Source: Amoebophrya sp. A120
Lineage: Eukaryota; Protista; Dinoflagellata
NCBI GenBank assembly: GCA_905178155.1
Contig: CAJINV010000004.1
Span: 8,066,771 to 8,130,770 of the forward strand
Direction: 5' to 3'
Length of the DNA: 64,000 nucleotides
Shown: piece after piece, positions 48,730 through 64,000 of the stretch
Numbering within the stretch: the first letter of the stretch is position 1
How the letters are laid out: each line of letters starts with the position of its first letter
Program-made: the position numbers and the translations under genes
Notes under the pieces: model-generated
Seen by the model: only the letters and a program-made list of their open reading frames with translations
The model's database searches: none
What the model was told of the DNA's origin: nothing

Positions 48730-50106
48730 CTGCCATCAAAACAATTTATCCTGCCCTAGGGGGGGACATGCGGAGGGGTTGGGGTTCGAGTTCGTTTCAA
48801 GCTGCATCTCGGAGCTGTATCGCTGCAGTGTCGCGCATCGCATTTCGTCGCTTACAGCCATGAATTCCGAATATCGAAACTACTCCACTCTCCTCAACAT
48901 CAGTAGAGTCGTTCTCATCTTCACCTTCTTCGTCCTCCAGGAGCTTCACACAAACTAGCAGCAAAATTCATGTTGATGCGGCAAATCCAAAGCCAAACCC
49001 GCCCTACATAAAGAGAAGACGAAGGAAGCACGTGGTGACAATAGATCGATAACGCGACATTTTAGAAACTGGGGAAAACTTATCTTAGCTTGGGAGACTG
49101 TAGTGTGAATTTGAAGAATTGAAGATGTAGTTTTACTTAGATGGTGTTCGATTTGAAGTCGGTATGTCTGCGCTTGAAAAAATAACCTCTCCATTTCGAA
49201 ACTAGATCCTACACTCTTACCTCCGCGCGCTAGGGGCGGATCGATGTTCATCTGCGGATTGTTCAGACAGCTACGGCAACAGCTTCATGGTATAAGTGGC
49301 CACGCTGGAAAAATAGACCATACGTATTTCTTGTGAAGATGCGAGCTCTGTCACGTAGTCAAGCACGGAGCAGTCCGCTTGATGTTGTGTTCGTGCTGTT
49401 TCTGGCTTGCGTCCGCCGTGTGATGTGACAACTGAAAGTGTATGCACAAGAACTTGGTGAGCGAGCGAAGCCAAAACCTTCTACTGTTTTTGGTTCCGTA
49501 TTAGTACTTTAGTTCTGTTGCGGCCCACGCGTTGCAGCTGCGCGGTAAAGAATATATGGCTGCTCGGTGACGAGGAGCTTACTACTATATTTTCCTTATT
49601 TACGAACCAGTAGCGTCCTCGGTGTCCTGGGTTGAAGATAAACCTTGTACATGAAAGATTTTTTGGGAAGAGTATACATTGAAATAATGATGTCCAGACG
49701 CTGATGTCGAAACCATAACCAAGCGTGTATAAAAACTACACCATTGAACCCTACACGCACTGGTCTCCCACCACGCCGCGGTCCTCCCCGCAAAACATCC
49801 AGAACAACTCTCCTCGCCGTCGTAGACTACAGATGGCCGAACGACTCCCGCGTCCGCCGCCAACGTTGCAGTGAGATGAAAAATTACGACGCCGGCGCAG
49901 TAGCGAATGGTACTTACTATCTCGCAGCAGTGGCAGATGGCGGGGCCGCATGGAGATTTCAACCTGTGCTGCGGGGACCATGATGAGGTACCTCTACAGC
50001 TTCGCTGCGACAAGTAGTTGGTAAAAACAGCAGGCCTGGCCGCGGAAGAAGCATCCAGCGACGGTCGTAGCGCTGCTGCTCCTGCTGCGGCCGTGAGAAC
50101 TGAAGA

Positions 50107-58524
<8,418 letters not shown>

Positions 58525-60743
58525 CTGTGGGCACTTCTTGCGCTGCCTCTGTACTTCTTGTATCTCCTCGATGATGGCAATTTCTCTCGGCTGTGATGTG
58601 CTTCTTTTACATACATCAATCGCCTCATCAAAAGCATCAAAATAGATGTAGTGGAATTCGCCCTTAGCTTTCCCTTTTCATACTGCGGAAGAATGGGCTG
58701 GCTGGACGGTGAAGAGCCGAAAGATGTTGTTTTGAACAAGCGGACAATAAGTAATATTGACGAACCCCATTGTTTTAATACTCTTCGCGGCATCAGTTGT
58801 GTAAATGATAATCCCAAAAAAGCACTCAGCTTCTACTTCACATGCGAAGAAGATGGTGCATGCAGCACTTCTAGCAGATTAGATCATTTGTAGATAAATT
58901 CTTCGATTGGTGGACACAACAAACAAAGAATAGAATCTAAAGTAAGCACTAGCCCCTAATCCTAAAACAAAGTAATTATTACAAGAACATTTTTTGTCAC
59001 CGACATCACTCTCTAAGTCGATTTTTTTTTCCGTTGTTACTGTTAGAAGCATGACACTACCATACGACAATAAGTGTCACAAGATCATTATCCGTATTTT
59101 TCTAAAGCCTGCCATAGCCTCCTGGAGTGAACCAAGACAGCACGACCGGCGTTTTTACAGCGACCCGCCTCGTCGTGAAGATCATCCTACACGCAAAAGA
59201 AAACTTGGTCGCGAAAGTCGGCGCCATGGTGTGCATTTTGCTTTTTCAAGTTATGTAGTCCTGTACTGAGTATTTACTACTTCCAAGGTCGAAGTTTAGG
59301 GCTTGGTTGTATAAAAATACTAGCAAGAATCTTCATCTTACTTTTTTCAACAGCCGTCATTTTTCGAAAAATGCGATGAACAAGATCGTACCAATTATCC
59401 GACGGATTGCTACCTAAAACCAGACGAAATTTTGCATACTGAGAATGAGAACAAGCACTATAGGAATAAACATTCAACCACAATTCTTCTTCGAGCTAAA
59501 TCAATCATGTCGCTACGAGGTACTTACTTACTAGAGTTTAAACAGCGTTTCGAGATTAGAATTGTGGGCACGGGCTGTCAGGATCGTGACAGCTGTGCTC
59601 ATTGATAGCTGACGAGCAAGAACATAATTATGCTCGAATGAGGTGGACGTGGTCCAAGTATTATGTTGTTGAAGAGAGCGTACACAGTTATTGTCTTATT
59701 TTCTGTACTGGAAAAAAATTTTGTAATTCAGTTTCTGATTCATCGCCCTCGCGGTCGCGACGTAAAGCGAAAGTCTACCAGCAACATGTAAAGTTTTTTT
59801 TGTCGAATCAAACAACAAACACGCCGGTACAAGTCTCTCAATCTCCGTAATACGAGAAACAAGGCAAGATGAAAAGGGAGCAGCAACGGCGGTTCCTCTG
59901 TCAATCCTGTTGATTCATCGGTAGTTTTTGCTGGCTGTGTTTTTTTTGTATAATACGGTTTCTACCAGACAGCTCTCGCTTTTCTCACACCGTTTTGACA
60001 CAGTACTACAACTAGACCATCGGTTATTTTCATTGGAAGTCAATACATACAGCATTGTAATGGCCAGTGTCGTGGTGGATCATGTACCAGAGATATCGAC
60101 TTCGGTTGCAACTCCTGCTGCTCTTCGCAAAAATGAAAATCTGCTGTTAATATTACGCATGGACAAAGGTCCTCGAGGTGGAGGGCCATTGCTTCTTGAA
60201 GTCGGACCAGCAAAATATATCGGTGACCCGCATTTATTCTCTTGGCCCCGTCGATTGATGGTTGTACTCGGATGTTTTATGACCCGGATCTGAACCAGCG
60301 TTAAAAACGGTGCGACAGCACACCGTGTCAGTCAACTGGTATTTCACTGTTTTAAAGCACGATGAAACTATCTCAACAGCAGCTAAACGACCAGTGGTTT
60401 GTCTCATCTTAGTGAGATGATCCGCGAGCTGTTGGCACCACGACCTGTAGGTTTGTAGAGACGCTTGTAACAAGCGGTGTCGTCGTACCAGTATCCTCGT
60501 AATTTTTAAATTCGACCTGTTGTACTACACCACAAGCTCTGACAAAATTTAACTTTTTCAAGACGCAAATTCGAAAAAGTGCGATAGTCTATTTATTTCA
60601 GATTTGTCACTTTTTGATACCGCTTCGGAAAATCGTCACCGCAAGCAGCTGCAATTAAAATTGCCATTTCGGAAAAAATTATATATGATTTTTCGACTTT
60701 TTCACCTTTTTGTGTAAATTCTTTCCCCACGAGGATTGAAAAA

Positions 60744-63700
60744 ATGCGGCTGCCAGCACTTCACTTCGCAGTGGGGGCTGCAAGAACATTGGTGTCGGCC
60801 AATCTGTTTATTCCCGGGCGTGGTCCTGGGTTGATGCCAACGGATGATGAATCGCCAACAACAACGCCCGAAACCTTCAACGGCGACGACGTGGCGGGGA
60901 AACCTCCAACGATCGAAGTCGGAACCAACAAAAAGCAGCATGGAAATGATCCTTCTGCGATGCAGATTCAGTTCGCTGTTTGTAAGGAGCCGGAAAAAGA
61001 GGACATTCCAGTGGACTTCAAAAGCGTTCCTTCCCCTGAGCATGGATTCCCCGTTGCCGTATCAAAATGAACAAGGATCCCCCCGCCTCCCCATAGTACT
61101 TATTAAAACGGAGATCTGCGCTGTTGTACGAGCATTTTTTAAATCGCCGATTGTCAACATATGCTAGAGGGGAAGTACTAGAGATGCGGACAGTAGTGCT
61201 GGCTGGTGTTGGAATACTTTTAAAAAACAAGCCTTGTGTATTATTCAGCACGACAGGAAGCATCTGGAAGCGGGAAGCAGCATCTTCACAAATTGCCTGC
61301 AAACGAGGCCACAACTGCGTCTCATCTTTGCCTCCTAGCAATACAAGTCGTGGTGCAACTCGTATAGGCACAGCATTGATTCCGATACCTGGGGAGGGGG
61401 GATTTGATTTCCGCACAATACGCCGGGCCCCTAGACTATGCCGCTGCTGAGTACAATGCCACCCTCCTGGAGAGCCAGGAGGCGATGGACTTGCAGTTCG
61501 ATAAGGTATCAAATGCAAATATGTCTGGGTCTGGAACAGTTGAACTTGTGATGCGTGTCTTGCAATCCTGGAAAATCTCTGTTGCATGAGCAGCAACAGA
61601 GGAGCTTCCTTTGTCATGCAAGAACGCAATGTGTGATGCGTGCTAGGCATCAGCAGGCGTCTTAAAAACTTGTCATGCTTGGCTGCCATTGCAAGTGCTT
61701 TAATCATGCTCAATTCAGCATCACAGGTTTCCAGACCCAGACATATTTGCAGTGCATATAAGGACGGGGCCAACAAATGGTCCTCCGACCACACCATGCA
61801 GCTTTTGGAGATATCAAATGCAAAAATGTCTGGGTCTGGAAGGTTGGAACTTGTGATGCTAACTTTGGACTCCAAAAAAATCTGTATTGCGTGACCAGCA
61901 AGAGGAGTCTAGTTTGTGCTACGCGGGGAGGGCGTTTGTCATGCGGGACAGGCATCAGGAAGGCCTCTAAAAATATGTGATGCCAGATCAAACATTACAG
62001 ACATCCTGAGTCATGTAAAATATGCATGACAAACCTGGCAACCTTCCAGACCCAGACATTTTTGCATTTGATAGGAGATCAAGGAAGTCAAAGTCGGAAG
62101 CAACAGCACAACTGGGGAGCAGCAGCTCCACCAGCTCCACACCTCGCTCCGCGGCATGTATTGAGAGGAAAATAAATCCCTCCTCCCCATATCGTCGAAA
62201 AGGTATGTTTCCGAAATAAATTTGTGTTGCTGATTTGAGACCACAAATGATCCCGCCTGTCTTGCTAGAAGACAAGTGCAGAGTGGCTTCCGCACCATTA
62301 TGGAAGCAATTTGGCATGCTGTTGGGCTTAGGGAAAAGCCGTTTGCAATGCGAAGCAACTAGACCCAAACGCTCCTACCTAGGCTGAGGATCTGGCTGCG
62401 AAGATGCCGTGCTGCAAGACAGCGCGCATTTGTGTACTACGGAAATCCAGCATCAGAAACTTTGTCGCGACAGGGGGAGGGGGGATTTTTCCTTACGATA
62501 GCATGACGTGGAACATCATGATGAAACCCGGGCGTATGGTCATCCCGGACAGAACGGATGAGAACAAGAAAATGGCGATCACCTTTTCCCCCTGGTCGAA
62601 CTTTCAACAAACAGACGACATCGAGAAAAACCAGTTTGAGCTTGCGGAGCACTACAAAATGCGGAAGATTTACCAAGTGAAAAAGATCGTGCAAGTGATG
62701 AAAGAGGAGAACCTGCAGTTTGCCATGCTGCAAGAGGTGGACTTCCTGCTCACCGTCCAAGATCGCCATCGGAAAAACAAACTCACGATGATAAGAAAGC
62801 AAATTTTTGCATTTTGGCGGAACTACATCGAGGAGTCTGGGCTACGCTTTGTCACCACGGATCCTAAGATCCCGAATGTTCAGAAGCTGATGATCGTGTA
62901 CGATCCCAAGTGGCTTGTCCCCGAGAAGCGAAGATTCGGGCCCAAGAATTATGTGGCCAACTACTATGACCGAGAGATCGCAAACTTTGGCTCCGATTCG
63001 CACCTCCATCCGCTTTGGGGTCCTTACTCCACGACAGAAACCAAACACGAAAAGGACCGGGCGGCCGGCATGCAGTTTAGCATCCGCGACGGCGCTATGA
63101 AATGCAAATATGTCTGGGGCTGGAAGTGTGGAACTTGTAATGCTGTCTACGGATTCTAAAAGTATCTGTGTTGCATGAGCAGCCAGAGGAGTCCAGTTCT
63201 TGGCACGCGCAGAGGGCATTTCTCATGCGTGATGAAGAGCATCAAGAAGCCCTCAAAGAATCTGTGATGCTAGGACCTGCATCACGCAAAATGTGCATGA
63301 CAAACTCCGACTCGTCCAGACCCAGACATATTTGCATTTGATAGGCGCCGGCGGGATGACTGAAGCGAAAGTGCACCTAGTCAACCTGCACCTCCACCAA
63401 GACGATCCTAAGTATTGCGAGGAAAAATTCCCCCTCCCCATAGCGAAAAGGAAATTTGTGATGCTGGATTTGCGTACAACTCAGGTCGCCTTGTATTGCT
63501 AGAGGCCCAAGAGACGCAGTTGTGGCCTGAATTGCAGGCAGTTTGTCTTGCTGTTTTCCACTTTCAGTTGCCTCCTGTGATGCTGAAGATGCAAGGCCTG
63601 CTTCCCACGCCAGCCAGCACTACAGTCCGCATCTTTATATGCCTTCTAGCATGACAAAACGTGATTTGTGGCATCAAGCTCCGTTTTTTCAGTACACAAA

Positions 63701-64000
63701 TCTCCGTTTTAGTATGGGGATATCGTAACTTTTCATTTTGATACTAAGTACTTTATATCAACTATGAAAATGTCTGGGTCTGGAAAGATCCAAGGTTTGT
63801 CATGCTTGTCGGACATGACTCTCAAGTCTGTCATGCACATTACCCAAAAGTGCCACTTTTCTGTCATGCAGAAGCTCACTTTCTCATGCAGAAAAGCCAA
63901 GACTTTAGCACCTCCAAAACTTGTCATGCTTGCCTGTCAAATGAGGCGTGCTCGTCTTTCGCAACTAGTATTACAAGTTCCCAGACCCAGACATATTTGC
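60744..64000 (+). CDS. Endonuclease/exonuclease/phosphatase (EEP)-fold protein, 3' end beyond the window; at least 7 introners
   Basis: Rebuilt MTWNIM, FAMLQEVD, VHLVNLHL, with an upstream WSSDH. Confidence 0.7.
61060..61420. mobile_element. Introner family D
   Basis: DR TGCCG/CGCCG. Confidence 0.85.
61507..61758. mobile_element. Introner family A forming a GT-AG intron (61506-61762)
   Basis: TIR; DR TAAGG. Confidence 0.92.
61812..62073. mobile_element. Introner family A
   Basis: TIR; DR GGAGA. Confidence 0.92.
62159..62500. mobile_element. Introner family D
   Basis: TIR; DR GCATG. Confidence 0.9.
63096..63343. mobile_element. Introner family A
   Basis: TIR; DR GGCGC. Confidence 0.9.
63413..63743. 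mobile_element. Introner family D
   Basis: DR CTAAG. Confidence 0.85.
63756..64000. mobile_element. Introner family A (right end cut by the window edge)
   Basis: Left TIR TATCAACTATGAAAATGTCTGGGTCTGGAA; the right TIR begins at the window end. Confidence 0.85.

Noticed and set aside
49596-50100. Possible upstream kinesin exons or a minus-strand gene
   Set aside because: No recognisable motifs or consistent splice path; ATG 50107 is enough for the model.

Overview
Eukaryotic genomic DNA, most consistent with the parasitic dinoflagellate Amoebophrya (Syndiniales). That assignment is inferred from co-oriented + strand genes and invasive non-canonical introns with inverted and direct repeats. 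(1) A young full-length Ty3/gypsy LTR retrotransposon (1858-14024) has two 805-bp LTRs, a CGGC target duplication, a tRNA-Ala-type PBS and one ~3100-aa gag-PR-RT-RH-IN ORF. It sits in the first exon of a signal-peptide gene. Its LTR carries a GT donor 3 nt inside the 5' end and a CAG acceptor 11 nt from the 3' end, so splicing it out would leave an 18-nt, stop-free, frame-preserving footprint. (2) I count 57 MITE-like introner elements (TAT...ATA inverted ends, 5-bp direct repeats, at least 7 families, both orientations). Removing each element plus one repeat copy rebuilds intact genes: NAD(P)HX dehydratase, a PERK-like eIF2alpha kinase, a 57-aa membrane microprotein, a COG0523/CobW GTPase, a kinesin-13 and an EEP-fold nuclease/phosphatase. 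An intronless DUF4116-like gene lies among them. All splicing claims are inferred from reading-frame restoration; no RNA data were available.
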